A model generated the notes under the pieces. The model made no database searches, was not told the origin of the DNA, and saw only the letters and a list, made by a program, of their open reading frames with translations. Both the position numbers and the translations under genes were made by a program. From Paramoeba atlantica (Eukaryota; Protista; Discosea), in contig CDRNVI010000207.1 in assembly GCA_977017575.1 (NCBI GenBank), forward strand, positions 1-64,000: a DNA stretch of 64,000 nucleotides. Direction: 5' to 3'. Each line of letters starts with the position of its first letter. The stretch's first letter is position 1. This document shows, piece after piece, positions 47,490-60,800 of this stretch.

Positions 47490-50400
47490 ATGGGGGTCAT
47501 CCAACCACGAAAGTTAGTTTCTCATCCCAGAAAGTCTAAATCTGAGTCCTTGTCCAATACCAGCCTGTTTGACTCAAAACTTTCCTTTTCACTTGTCTCC
47601 ATTTCTGAATCTGGACTTTCTTTTCTTTCACTTAATTTTCCCTCAAATCTTGAATCTTCCTCTTCCAACTCAATATCAGAACTTGATTCTTCTTCTCTAC
47701 CTACTGCTGAAGTGATTGCATTTGTTCTCCTAAACTGGAAAAGAAGGTGATTTCCTTTCAATGAAGCTGCTCCAACCCATGAATTCTTCTTTTGGCCATA
47801 ACCTAACCATTCAACTAAATATTCTTTTTTCTCATTACCTCTTTCAGCAAGTATTTTTGTTATCTCAACTCCTGGTACATCTCACAAAGTTGTGACTCTA
47901 CATTTCTTAACTCTTCTGATATTCATGAGATGCAGCAGCATTTCTTGAGAATGGATGTTTCTGAGGGCAACAGCATGATTATTGGGCTTTTCTACCACCT
48001 GGTAAATTACATTCCCATATTTTGGTAATAATTTTGGGTTGAGGCCTTTCTTCTTGAGTTTCCTCTCACACAAAACTAAATCTCTGACCAGCAAAGTTTC
48101 TCTCACAGGGTTTCTTTTCTCCTGATCCAACTGTGATTTCTTCCTTGAAGAACTAACATGTTCTCTAACTAATTCGAAAATCACAAGCAATTCCTGTTGT
48201 AAAGATTTAATATACTTGCTTCTTGTCATTGTGGGTTTGGATGCAATGTTCCAATGAACTTCTAAGGGTAATATGGCCTGTCTTGCAAACATTAGAAAAT
48301 AAGGAGTGAAATTTGTTGTTGAACTCTGGGTGGTGTTGAATGCAAGCTGCAAAAGTGGTAAGAATGTGTCCCAATTATCCTGTCTTGTATTAACATAAGC
48401 TTTGAACATGTCCTTGAGTGTTCTTCAGGGTCTTTCGACCGCTCCATTTGCTTTTGGGTTGAAACTAGTTGTGCATTTCAGGTTCACTCCCATCATTTTT
48501 CCAAACTCAGTGGTCAGTTTTGCATCAAATTCACATCCCTGATCTGAAATAATCTTCACTGGGCAGCTGAAAGTACAGACATAATCCAGCAGTTTGTTTG
48601 CAGTAAGAATGGTTGAAACTCCTTTTGTTGCATAGAATCTGTGAAATTTTGTGAACCTGTCTGAAATATTTAGAATGTGATTGTTGCCCCAGGTTGTTCT
48701 GCTGACTCAGGTGTTATCAACATGCAAAATGATTCCTGGAAATCCCTCTGGTTCTATTTCTTCTCCAGCTGGAGGTTGGTCCACTCTTCCAGTTTTGTTG
48801 AGTTGGCAAGTTAGGCAAGTTCTGCAAAATTGTTGCACTACAGTGTACATCTTTGGGAAATAGAATCTGGATTTGATTTTTAAGTAAGTTAATAAACCTC
48901 CAAGATGTCCAGTGATTGGGTTAACATGAAATTGGAGAAGTGCTGCACCTATTAAATGGTCAGGAAGTACTGCTGGTGGAAGTGCATTTGGGAGGACACT
49001 TGGGTCTACTTTTCTGAGAATCCCATTTGCAAGGTAAAAATCTCCTTCCTTTCTCTGCAATCTGTTCTTCTCATTCTTATCTTTTGGCCATTTTCCTGTT
49101 TCCAATCTTCTCTTAATTGATTTGATCCAGTTATTCTTATCCTGTTCTTTGATTAGTTTCCTATCATCTATTAAGAATTCTGATGGGTGTTTGCTCTTGT
49201 AATCTGTTAATGGTTTGTTAGTTTCACTTTCCTCTTCTGAATCTTTTCTTTTTCCTGATTCTGAATCTTGTTCTTCTTCACTTATCTCCATTTCTTTACT
49301 TTTCACTCTCTTCTTCTGTTTTCTAGTTCTCAATCTGTGAGTCATGGTTTCAGAAGATTCCTGGACAGGCTGGCATGGCTTAGACAACACATTCGTACAT
49401 TCACAGCACAATTTGTGAGTATCAGGATTCTCATAAAAATTTTGAGTATCAGAATCTCCACTAACCAACTGAGAAGAACAATTTTCAGAATTGAAACCAG
49501 CAGGGGTTTGTACATCATGAATATTGACACTCTCAGGCTTATCACTTGTCTCAACAGAACAGCTACCATTGTTGAGTAAGCTTCTACATCCATCTCCACT
49601 GGATGGACACCATTTCATACCATCAACATGGGTTTTCTTTTTCAAATCACACAATGATTCTTGAACTGCCAGTCCCAGGACTTTGTCTTCCACTCTCAAA
49701 CCTGGGAGAGGGGCTGTGCCAAACACAAATTCTCTTCCGTCTATCTCATATCATTTCCCAGAACGTTTCCAATCAACTTGAGCATCCATTTCAACTTCCC
49801 TTGAGTCCTCATTGACATTGGATTCCTTATGTGCTTGGAGAACAGAAACTGGATTGACTGAAATACAGTCTCCATCACCCAAAGCAGGATTTCTGTCAAA
49901 CCCTTGATTCATCTCATTCTCCTTCATTAGATTAAACAAAGGGTCTCCAGTCAAAGAGCCATTCATAATCCCCAATTTAGTTGAACTTGAATCCTCAATT
50001 ATCTGGAGTTCAGAGTATGATTGACCTGAGGATTCTTGGTTTGTTGTTGGCCTCTGAACACCCAAATCCTGAATCTTGTGTTCCTTAGGACCGACTTTTA
50101 CTCTCAAATCTTGAATGCACAGACTTCTTTCCCCAAGTTTTCGAATATCATCTTTCTCACTACTATAAACAGGTTTAGAAGACCCAACAAGTTCCGGAGA
50201 GCAAGGAGTTTCTTCTAATAGTTTATCTCTCAATTCTTCCGACTGAATTGACTTTTTTCTTCTTGGTTTCTTTGCAGAAATTGCATTCACCATTGTACCA
50301 CTTTTCTTCTCTGAAACAGATTCAAATATCCACTCTGTACAACTTTCATCACTTGAAGTTCTCACCACCAAATCATATCCTATTATTGGCTGATTTTCCA

Positions 50401-53100
50401 TAATAAAGTTAACTGTATGGTTCAGTTTTCCTCTGAGGTTACCAACTCGTTCATTCACATCAGTTCCTTGGCCTGGAAATTGAAGAGGTAAATCACCAAT
50501 CTTCCCACAATATTCAGGAGGATCACCTTCATATTTCACATAATTGGCTTGACTCAATGCATCAGGACCAGTCATTTTACTTCCAGGAGCATGCATAATG
50601 TACATATCATAACCCAACAGGCAAGTGGCTAATTTGTCAAGTGTCTGACTTGTCGAAGGAGTTTTAAATGTTGTCACCAAAGCCAAATGATCTGTATACA
50701 CATAGAAAGAGCGCCCATGGACATACTATCTGAAATAAGTAACAGCCCAAACAACACCAATACATTCCAAAACAGAAGCTGTCATCTTCTTCTGTGCAAC
50801 TTTGAGAGGAGCACTTGCAAAGGCAATCACTCTGTGACGCTCATTTTCATCCAACTGAGTAAGGATTGTGCCCAAACTGTTCTTGCTGGCATCAACATGA
50901 ACATGGAAAGGTTTCTCAAATTCAGGGTAAGCCAACATGGGAGGTTCTACCAAAGCTTTCTTGATAGATTCAAATTCCTCAATGTGATCTTCTTCCATCT
51001 TGAAAGGCTCTTTCCCATGCAACAACTTCTGGAGATTAATTGTTTTGAGGAAGTATTCTGAATAAATTTTGCAACCCAGGTAATGAGTCCCAAAAATCAG
51101 TGCAAGGCAGGTCGATCCTCTGGCATTGGGTAATCAAGAATTGCAGACACCTTCTTAGGATTTGGAGAAACACCATCACCAGAACAGATGTGTCCGAGAA
51201 TCTCGAATTCAGGTTGAGCAAATGAACATTTCTTAGTATTCACCATAAGGCCTGCATCTCACAATCTCTGGAGCAATTGTTTGATTTTTTCAATGTGCTC
51301 TTCTTCTGTTTGGGAGAAAATAACAATGTCATCAACATAAACCATACAACAATCCCAAAGCATTCCATCCAAGACTTTCTCAATAAATCTTTGTTGAGTT
51401 GCAAGAGCATTAGTCAAACCAAAAGGCATACTGATCCACTGCCAAAGACCATATTTCGAAATAAAAGCAGTTTTCTCTCTATCTTCCTTACTGATTGGAA
51501 TGGACCAGAAAGCAGAGCTCAGATTGACAGTTGAGTAATATTTTGCATTCCCCAAGGTGTTCAAAATATCATTCAAACTAGACAAAGGATAGGCATCTTT
51601 CTTGGTGACTTTGTTGAGGCATCGATAGTCAATACAAAATCGAATTTTTCCATCTTTCTTATCAACCAAGTGGATTGGGGCTGCCCAGGGAGAGTTTGAG
51701 GGTTCAATCACATTTCTTTTGTGCATATCCGAAATATGGCCATGAATCAATTGATCTTGAGCAAAAGTCGTCTTCCTCACTCTTTCTCTGATTGGTTGGG
51801 TGCCAGGTTCCACCTCAATTGGGTGTTCGGCTAAGGTTGTTCTTTGGAGTTTCTCTTGTTTAGTCCAAACATCCTCATAGTCCATCAAACTTTTTCAACT
51901 TGTCAGGCTTCAAAACACAACCCTCCAGTTTGAATTCATTTAGAATCTTCGGAAAATCAGCACAAAAATCTTCCAATTCTTCCTTTGTGACATCCTTGTC
52001 ACTCCTATCTCTGGCAGCAGCAGCTCTTTTGACAAGAATTGCATTCAGAATATTGGTATTTTCCAAAGTCATTTCATCATCATCATCTTCTGCCAGTACA
52101 CTCTTCAAATTCTTGAAATCATCAATGGGACTAGTTTCATTGGGATCATCAATGGACTCAGGGGTGCACTCCTGGAAAAGATTGGAGTCTGGGATCTCAG
52201 TAATTATGATGTTGTTAAAATCACTTTTCTCACAATAAACAACATGAGCAATTGGCTTGGAATTGTCCAATTGGACTTCTTGAAAGCGAGGATTCGAAAT
52301 AGCAACATAAGATTCTCCACCCTCCATTCTTACTAGGCCCTCTTGGAGTACGAGATCTCAACAATATCTATGGACTGGCATGACATAACCATCACTTTCA
52401 CCTTGGTAATTTGTATCTTTGGACATTTTTTCAGAAACTTTCAATTTCACAACTCTTCTTGAACAGGGTGGGATTTTCACAGCTTGTGAGTAAAGAAGAG
52501 CAACAGGTTGAGGATTGGGAACCACGCTTGCAATGACAGTTTCCTTTTTCTTTTTCACAGAGAAGGGAACAGAAATACCACCATGAGGAATCACAAATCC
52601 ACAGCTGTTCATAATATCCAAACCCACATCAACTTGGTAACCCAGGCCAAAAATTACGTCCAAAGTCAAATTGTTCAAGACAGAAAAATAAATGTTCCTC
52701 TTCACAGATCCCAAAACAACTGGCAAGGCTACTCTCCCCAAATGTTGTAAAGCATCACCACCAGCAGAGAGAAATCAACTCAAATGTCTTGCTTTTTCTA
52801 AGGTTAAGTGACTAAAATGTTTCTGGTAAAAATCACCACTAATGCAGTCAACTGTTGCTCCAGAATCGATTGCAAACACCACTTCTTTGTTCCCCAATTT
52901 TCCTTTCACCAATAAGGGTGTATCAGTGTTAAGTTCAACTGCATCAATTTCAAGGTGGTTTTCTGCTTCTTCTCTTTGTTTTGTCACTTCCACTGGGTTG
53001 GGAAGGCCTTGAATCACCAAAACAGATTGTGTCTTGACTTGTGAGTCCTTTAATTGGAGATTTGGTTGTTGGTGAATCCTGCCCATTTTCCCTGACTGAT
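47490..53100 (-). mobile_element. pol of a chromodomain Ty3/gypsy element (PR-RT-RH-insert-IN-chromo)
   Basis: PR FAIDSGA; RT SPWAAPIHLVDKKDGKIRFCIDYR, MPFGLTNA, YVDD; RH HVDAS, YTDH; IN HVNPITGHLG..CRTCLTC, ISDQG, AFNTT..STTNFTPY, PKY; chromodomain ITKILAER..EYLVEWLGY..NSW. Few stops or frameshifts. No 3' LTR seen. Confidence 0.93.
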
Positions 53101-53129
53101 TTTGGATTATTAGTGAGAAAGTTCCAGTT

Positions 53130-55300
53130 TTTGTGATTTTTCCTTCCTTTTCTTAAGGTGGTGACTTTCAAACCTCTTCTTTTGTGACTTCTTTTGTTTT
53201 GTTTCATCCCTTTGTGACTCTTGAGGATATTTGAGACCCAAATAACTGGTTTGGAAATTTGTTTCTCTTTTCTTGGCTCTGTTTTGGTTAATTTTTGAGA
53301 AAAAAGAACTCTGATTTGAAGCACTTGTGTTTTGGAATCGATTTTTGCACTGATTTTGTGCCCCATTCTCTTTCTTTGTTGATTCTCAAGGTTATTTAAA
53401 GCTTCAGACAAATTTTTGGAAATTTATCTTGATTTTTGACCTTGTTTTGTTGGAATTTCTGGAAATTTCCTCTCTTTGGGCAAATTCTGTTCCAAGGCTG
53501 TTTTCTTGTTGGTTTTTCCTCTTTGTTTGTCTTTTATTGATTCTCAAGGTGATTCAAAGCTTTTGACAAATTTTTAGAATTCAATTCCCTCTCTCAACCT
53601 TGTTTCGGTGGAATCTCTGAAAAAAAAAAATACTTTTATTTAAAACAATTAAGCTTCAAAGTTGTTTTCTTTTGATTTTGCTTTTTGACTTTGCTTTTTG
53701 ATGATTACTAGAACAATTCAAAGTCCCTTGCGAATTTTCAGAATTTGATTCTCTCTCTGGACCTTGTTTTGAATTGGATTCCCCTTTTGACCTTGTTTTT
53801 ATGGAATATTGTGAAAAGACTTATTTGAATCAATTGTGTTTTGGACATGTGTTCTCAATAGTCTTCTCTTCTATTTTGTTGTGGATGATTCTTGAAGTGT
53901 TTGGAAGCTTTTGGTGACCTTTCAGAAATTTATTCCTCGTTTTGACCTTGTTCTGGCAGAATTTCTAAAAGATTTCTCTCTTTGAGTTCTTGTGTTTTGG
54001 AAGATTTCTCTCTTTGAGCCCTTTGTGTTTTGGAATTGTTTTTGGACAGTTTCTTTTCCCTTTCTTGTTTGTTGGTGACTCTTGAGGTGTTTGGGAGTTA
54101 CCAAGTGGCTTTTCAGAAGGTTATTTCCTATTCTGATCTTGTTCCAGTGAAATTTTCAAAGAACCTCTGTTTTGAACAATTTGAGACAATTATATTTGGA
54201 CTTGTTTTCCTTTATTTTGTCCCTTGGCAATCTTCAAGACATTTCGAACAATCCCTGTAATTTTTGGAAATTTATCCTCTTTTCTGGGCCTGTTCTTGTG
54301 GAAATTCGAAAACTTCCCCACAGTGATTGGATCTTGTTTTGAACTGTTCTTTTGAGTGGTTTTCTCTTCCCTTCTCTTGCTTTTCGATGATTCTAGTGGC
54401 AACCTAAGACTTTTGATAATTTCTGAAGTTCTGTTCCCTTTTTGAAGTCATTTGAGCAATATTTTGGAAACACCCTGTTTTGACCAGTTCTGAGCAAGGT
54501 CATCTGGATCAGTTCTATTCCGTGGTTTTTTTTCCTCTTATTTTGTTTTTAGTTGATTTTTGAAACATCTTGAACAATCCCCATAATTTTTGGAAATTTA
54601 CCCACTGTTTTGTGCCCTGTTTGCAGAATTTTTGAGAACCACACATTGACTGGATTGCCCTCTGAATTGCTCTGCTTAGTAGCTTTATTGTTCTTGTTTT
54701 GTTCTTCGATGATTCTATTAGCATTAAAAGATTTTCAACAAATTTGAGAAGTTTGTTCCTCTCTTTTGAGCCTGTTTGAGTGACACTCTAGAAATACCCT
54801 GTTTGGCCAATTTTCAAGTTAATTAAATTTGAAGTTATTTCCTTTAGTGGTTTTTCAGTTCTCTGCTTACTCCTTTGGTGATTTGCAAAACATTGTTACT
54901 CCTTTTGACGATTTCTTAAGAAATTACCCTCAATCTCAGTTCTGTTTTAGTGGTATTTCAGAAAGTTTTGTTTGTGTGATTGTGAGGATTCCTGATTTTT
55001 CTTTTGTGACCTACTGATTTTGAATGTGTTCTCCCCTTCATCCTTGAGTTGAATTTGTGGATAACCTTCCTTGTAGAATTTTGTGGGACAGGAAAGACCT
55101 TTCTGAGATTATATTCTTTCTGAATCATTTTTGAGCCAATTTCTTGGATTCTCAAATATTTCATTTGATTTCCTGAGTTTGCGATCGAACCTTGCATTGT
55201 TTGAGTCAGTATTGGTGACAAATCACTTTTAAATTTATTGAAGTTCTCTCTTGGATTGGACCTTCTTTAGAAACAATCCCCTTGTTGGTTATTCTGGACT
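53130..55300 (+). repeat. Degenerate T-rich tandem repeat array (leader-like) inside the chromovirus
   Basis: Recurrent units such as TTGATTCTCAAGGT..TTCAAAGC..GACAAATTTTT (53377, 53538) and GACCTTGTT..GGAATT..GAAA; no coherent ORF. Confidence 0.65.
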
Positions 55301-55470
55301 CTCATTGTTCTGTGGGCTCCAAGTTTCAGATATTCTCTTGTATTTTCTGCCAGAGTGACTCTCTGTTTTTATATTTGGATTACTGAGTTCTTTTGTGGCC
55401 TTGTTTGCTCTTTACTCAAGCGAGATGACAAGACACCCCTCTCTTCTGAACTCTTTCCCATTGTTTTAGA

Positions 55471-57360
55471 GTGGAAGTTTTGGAATTTCTCACTATTTTT
55501 GGCCCCAAAACCTTACAGTTTGGCCCCAAAACCTTCAAGATTTTCAACACAAAATGGATCAGCAATCAATTTGTAGATCTTGATGAAATCCACAGTCTTG
55601 AGGACCTCTACAGCCTTCGAAACATTTTTGGTGCTTCAACCCCTCCAGAGGTGGCAGAAACTCAGGCAATACAAAATTTACAGAAGCTGAAACCTGAGGA
55701 TTTTGAAATCTGTGTAGACTACAATTGGGTTTTCCTCAATTTTGCCAACAAAACAAAATTGCCAGTTAAAAATGTTTAAAAGATTTATGCTGGGAAGCTC
55801 CCTTTCAACCCTAATGAGGTGTCAAGAATAGTAAAACACAATTCAGGGAACAACATGAAATTTATGGAATGGTTGAAGGACAAGGAGTATGTGGACAGAG
55901 TGTGGCAGAAAGCGAAATCAGAATCCAAGTCTTCAAGCTTAAGGAATGGGGATCCTGACCAATATGCAGTGGTGAACACTCTTTTGAAACAGTCAGATGC
56001 AATGCAAGCAGTTTTGCAGAAGGGGACCCCTTTTCGATGTTCATTTTGTGGGCTGTCACAACATTCCATCTCAGATTGTCAGTACAAGGCAAATATTGAG
56101 ACTCTCCAAAAACAACAAATACAACAAGCACAACAAGCTCTTCAGCAGCAAATCCAACAATCTTCTCAGCAACAATTTCAACAATCTCCGGCACAACAAT
56201 TTCCCCAAGGACAATTTCAACAATCTCCAGTGCAACAATTTCCCCAAAGACAATTTCAACAATCTCCTGTGCAACAGTTTCCAACAGTTCTATCTGCATC
56301 CTGGTCAAGTGGACAACCAAACTCTTTTCAATCCCCAACAGGAAGAGGGAGGATTTGTGACTTTTGTAGGAAATCTGGACATGATGTGGAAGATTGTTAC
56401 TCACAACACCGAGGCTGGGGCCAAGGATGTGGTAGAGGTCAGTTTGGTTCTTTTCAAGGGAAGTGCTTCACATGTGGTGCCTTGGAACATAAGGCTATGC
56501 ATTGTCTGAAATCTGGTGCAGCTGGACCTCTATTTGAAAACACACCCCTAACAACAGCATTAACCCAACAAAATCCAAGACAAGCTGGCATCTTACCAAC
56601 ACCCCAAGCCGTAACACATCAACCACCTGAGTTTCGGAATCCAAGCACAACTGTGAGAGCAATCCAACCAACCCCTGGTACAACATTTCTTCCTATACAA
56701 CCAACTGGGACCAACAATACTCCTGTCACACCTTGTCAGGCAATACAATACCAACAACCTCAGGAAGCCTTACCACAACTTGAGCAAGCTCTTACTCAAT
56801 CTCAACCACTGGCATCACAACCTCAATCCCACACTCTTGCTCAATTACAACAACTTCTCCTTGATTCCCAACAAACAACCGGTCGACTCAATCCTCAAAT
56901 CCTTCAAAGGCAACAACAACTAATTTTGGATCAAACACAACAACAGCAATAGTTACAGGGACAGCAACCTCAACAACCTCGAACTCAATCAATAGAACAG
57001 GATTTTCGGCCTGGGGGCACAGGGGACACCCCCTCATAAAATCTCCTCATTTAGCTTCCACAGATTTTGTACAATTCTCTCAACAATCTTCTTTCAGGTT
57101 TTCTCAATTTTCTCAGCTCTCTCAACTGGTTCAACAAGTTCCTCAACAACCTTCTCTTGAATCTCTGCAATTCTCTCAATCTACTCGACCTGCTCAACAA
57201 ACTCCTCGACAATCCTCTCTCGAATCTTCTCAACTCTCTCAACCTTCTCAATCTCCTCTTTTGGTTTCTCAACAATCTCCATGTCAAACCTCTCAATTTC
57301 CCCAATCTGAAGTGCAACTTCCCCTGACTTGTGCTGCACCACCTGCTCAACCAAATTCAA
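55471..57360 (+). CDS. Ty3-type gag with three CCHC knuckles and Q/P/S-rich tracts, antisense to pol
   Basis: Capsid-like W..IHSLEDL..F..PE..QA...L..LK..D..DY..F; knuckles CSFCGLSQHSISDC, CDFCRKSGHDVEDC, CFTCGALEHKAMHC. Single TAA and TAG interruptions (consistent with CAA/CAG) and one frameshift near 57030. Confidence 0.85.
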
Positions 57361-57565
57361 TCGTAAAACGAAAGAAAAGAGAGCAGAAAAAGCAAAAGAA
57401 AGATCAAGAGAAACGAAAAACTGATTTTCACTGCAAAATCTGGGTCCAAAAACGTGAAAGAAACACGGGGAGAAAGGCCTAAAAAACACATAGCCACTTT
57501 AGAAGGAGAAGAATCAAGAAAAACAATCCTTGATAAATCGGAGCACAATTAGTCTCACTAAAGTT

Positions 57566-57578
57566 ACCGGGAGCACCA
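57566..57578 (-). promoter_or_regulatory. Primer binding site TGGTGCTCCCGGT
   Basis: Directly abuts the LTR end, starts with TGG (complement of tRNA CCA), and is absent next to the solo LTR. The tRNA is not identified with confidence. Confidence 0.8.
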
Positions 57579-58202
57579 GTGAGGAGGGGAGCAGAATCAA
57601 TAGAGAAAACAAGAGAAAAGAAAGAGAAACAGAAACTCTGGATCAAAACCTTTATGGAAAAGATCCCCAGCCAACACAAACAGAACAAGAAAACAACAAC
57701 AAAAAAACAGAAAAGCAAGAAGAAGAACAACAAAAGGAATCACAACTGAGAAGAGCACAGAATCGCTGAAACTCAACTCAAATCGGAATCCCAAGTCTAC
57801 ACAGCAACTAAAGAAGGAAGAAAACAACAAAAGATGATAACAACAAAAGAAGAGAACAGAAAGCAAGCAAGGCAAGCCAAAAGATCACAAAGGAAAGCAA
57901 AGAGAGAGAGAGAAAGCAACAAGAAAGCAGAAAGAAAGCAAAAGGTGGCAAAGTGGCAAGAAAAAAGGGCAAAAACGTGAATGTGAAAACTGAATAAAAG
58001 GAGTGCTAAAAATCTCATGATTTTGGCTAAAATTACGATAAAATGGCACGCAGCTGTCTGTGAGGCTCAGGGCTCTCCGAAAGGACCAAAACTCATGATA
58101 AAAGGTATCAAGGAAGCTTAGGGAAGGCTCAGGGAAGCTCAAGGAACTGAAAAGGCACTGAAAGGCACAACTTCTGTGTTGGAAGCAGGTTTCACCTCAA
58201 TA
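57579..58202 (-). mobile_element. 5' LTR of the chromovirus
   Basis: Matches solo LTR 34949-35577; terminal TG mutated to TA. Confidence 0.9.
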
Positions 58203-58479
58203 AATTGTCATTTTGTTGAAATTGGATTTGGAGTAAAGGATTGAAATTTTGTTAGAATTGTTGGAGTGATTGAATAGAAAGTATTTAATAGAAAGTTTAG
58301 TTTTATAGAACTGATTAAAAATCGTAATTTGGTTGGGTTTGAAAAGATTAAGAAAGTGGAAGTTGAATTATTGTTTGTGGAGTTGAAAATATTTTATAAA
58401 AAGTTAGTTTTTGTTGAGAAAAAAATAGATTAAATTAAATTTGAATGACTTAAAGTATTGGTGGTAGTTGATTTTAAAT

Positions 58480-59460
58480 AAAAAGATAGGAATTTGTTAC
58501 TTCTTCTTCAAATGGAACAAAGGTGGAATTTGATTGAAAAAACTAAAGTAGTAATTGTTGAATTATAGATTTGTTTTGATCTATTGAATAGGAGGAAGTA
58601 GAATTAGAGTAGAATTGTTGAACATAGTCAAATGTTGGTTTTGAAATCATTGGTTCAAAAGTTAGTGAATTAGTGTTTAATTGTAATTGTTTCATTTTTA
58701 TTGAAGGAGAGTGGAGTATTAATGAACTGAAGATAGGTTTTTCAGGTTGTAAGAATTGGTTAGTTTTAGTTGATAAAAGAGATTGTTGAAGTTTTGATGA
58801 TTAGGAAAGTGGGAAATCTTGTAGAGATGAGGTTGCTGATAATGAGTGATCAGTTTTCTTATTTATGTTGGCTTTTTTTTACTTTTTTTTATTTGAAAGG
58901 GAATTAAAAATGTAATCTTCTAAATGATTGTGTTGTGTGGAATGTAGGGAAGGTTTTAAAGTTTGTTTCTTATTATTTTAAGAATGTGTAATCTGAGGTT
59001 GCTTGGGGATCATCAAGGAAAGAGGAGAGGTTTCTTGGGCTGATTTTTCTTTCTTTTTATGCTTTGGCATTTCCTTTCCTTGCTAAAACTCCTTTGAGGC
59101 TTTTTGGTTGGTTGATTTTTGCTAAGAGAAATGATAATCAGTGTTCAAAGTCTTGATAAAAAAGTAATCAAAACTTGGAAAAAGAGAATCCACTCTATTC
59201 AATTAAATATTTTCTTTAATCAATAGTGTTGAGTAAATGAATTCAAAAACATTTCTTGAATTGAGTGATTTGAAGGGGTTTAACTTCTCTAAAATTATTT
59301 AACTAGTTGTAGGGAAATTATTTTCTTAAATAGAAATGAAAACTTCATTCAGCAATGAATCAAAGAGTTTTTTTTTACTCAAAACCAGCAAATAATTTTT
59401 TAGAAGTAGAAGTGGATAGAGTTAGTGATGTTAATGGATTCTATGGTTCATCATAAGAAT
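58480..59460 (-). repeat. More strongly mutated copy of the 46.0-46.9 kb repeat (segments in swapped order)
   Basis: Alignable by eye; differences are predominantly transitions. Confidence 0.8.
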
Positions 59461-60419
59461 TACTTCCAACAAAAAGATTTCTTTGATTTTGAAAGAGTAA
59501 GTAGAGTTGGAGCAAGCAAAAATATCTTTGTTTCTCCTAACTACAGAGGGTTTCAACTTAACCAACAAGTAGTTTCTTTTCATTGAAGATAAGAGGCCTT
59601 AAAAGAGGAGAGAAAGTTTTGTTATTTTACAAATTCTATAATTTTCTAGGATCCAAATACCAAAAGGAACTTTCTTCAAGAACCTCTTCTCAAATCCAGA
59701 ACTGAGGGTGGTAAATTGAAGACTCATCAATTCCTGAGCTAACTTTCCAGTAAATTGATGAAAAAAAGTAACCTTCTTTTTTGTTTGTTTACTAAAGTTA
59801 AAATATTTTTTTTTCTTAGAGTTAATTTGAGGAGAGTTTGTATCCACTTTTATTATAGTTTTGAAGGTGGGGGAGATTCATACCAACTATGATATTCACT
59901 TCAAAAAATCCAATAGGAATCACCACAATAATTTGAGTATTTAACATAACTGGGGTAAAATGCTATGTTGCAATCACAATAATTGAACCCTATGATTTTT
60001 TTGTTGTTGAAAAATTTTAAAAAGAAGTGGTGATTAAATATTTCAAATGTAATTTATAGAGTAAGTAGGGCAAAAAATTTGAGGAATTTAAGAAAAATGG
60101 ATTGCTTTCAAAACACTTATAAGATTTTACAAGAATTGAACATTTCTTAGGAAAACTTATCAAAGCAAATCTAATTGAAAATTTGGAATTTAAAAATTGA
60201 AGAAAGTGAAGGAAATCATAGTATTTTTGAGTTTAAAGAAAGTAGAGTTCATTTTTGAGGCTATTTTCTCACATTTGATCACATGATTACATGTTGAATG
60301 CATTCCTATTTGAATTGTTACTTCTAGGAGATTCCTTCCAAAGCTCAAAGAAAGGCCTTTACCTCTTTTGATTTTGCTTTTTTGATGAAAGGATTGAAAA
60401 TCTTTTAGTTTGACAATGA

Positions 60420-60800
60420 ATTAGAAGGGGAGTTAAATAACAAATGGGATTGGAAAGGTTGACTTCAAATTTATTTAGAATTAAATGATAAATTCAAAAT
60501 TTTGGAACAACTTTCAGATCAATCAGATGGGTTTTTGAAGCACTTGAATTTATTGGTTGAGGAAAATCTTTTAAATGTCTTTTCTGGGAATTTATACATT
60601 TCATCTCAGAGTGGTCATAATAACATATTTTTTTACTCTCAGGTAGCTTCAGAAGAGGAGATTTATGAAATGTTAATTTTTCAATCTTTGCTTCTCTCTT
60701 TGAACCTCCTTCTATCAAAATATAAACAAAATACTCAGGAGTGAAACTTCATAGCTTTTGGACTTTATGAAATTCAAAACTCTTTAATGGAGAATATCAC
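60420..60800 (+). pseudogene. Diverged paralog of the 26.2-26.7 kb hypothetical gene
   Basis: EENLLNVFSGNLYISSQSGHNNIFFYSQVASEEEIYEMLIFQ aligns with DENLLKELTGNVYFKLESGLKDMFWLESVGSPEEVYELSILQ. Confidence 0.6.

Noticed and set aside
57051-57489. Minus-strand coiled-coil or R/L-rich ORFs after the PBS as the true gag
   Set aside because: They are antisense shadows of the repetitive Q/S/P-rich plus-strand gag tail and carry no gag motifs.
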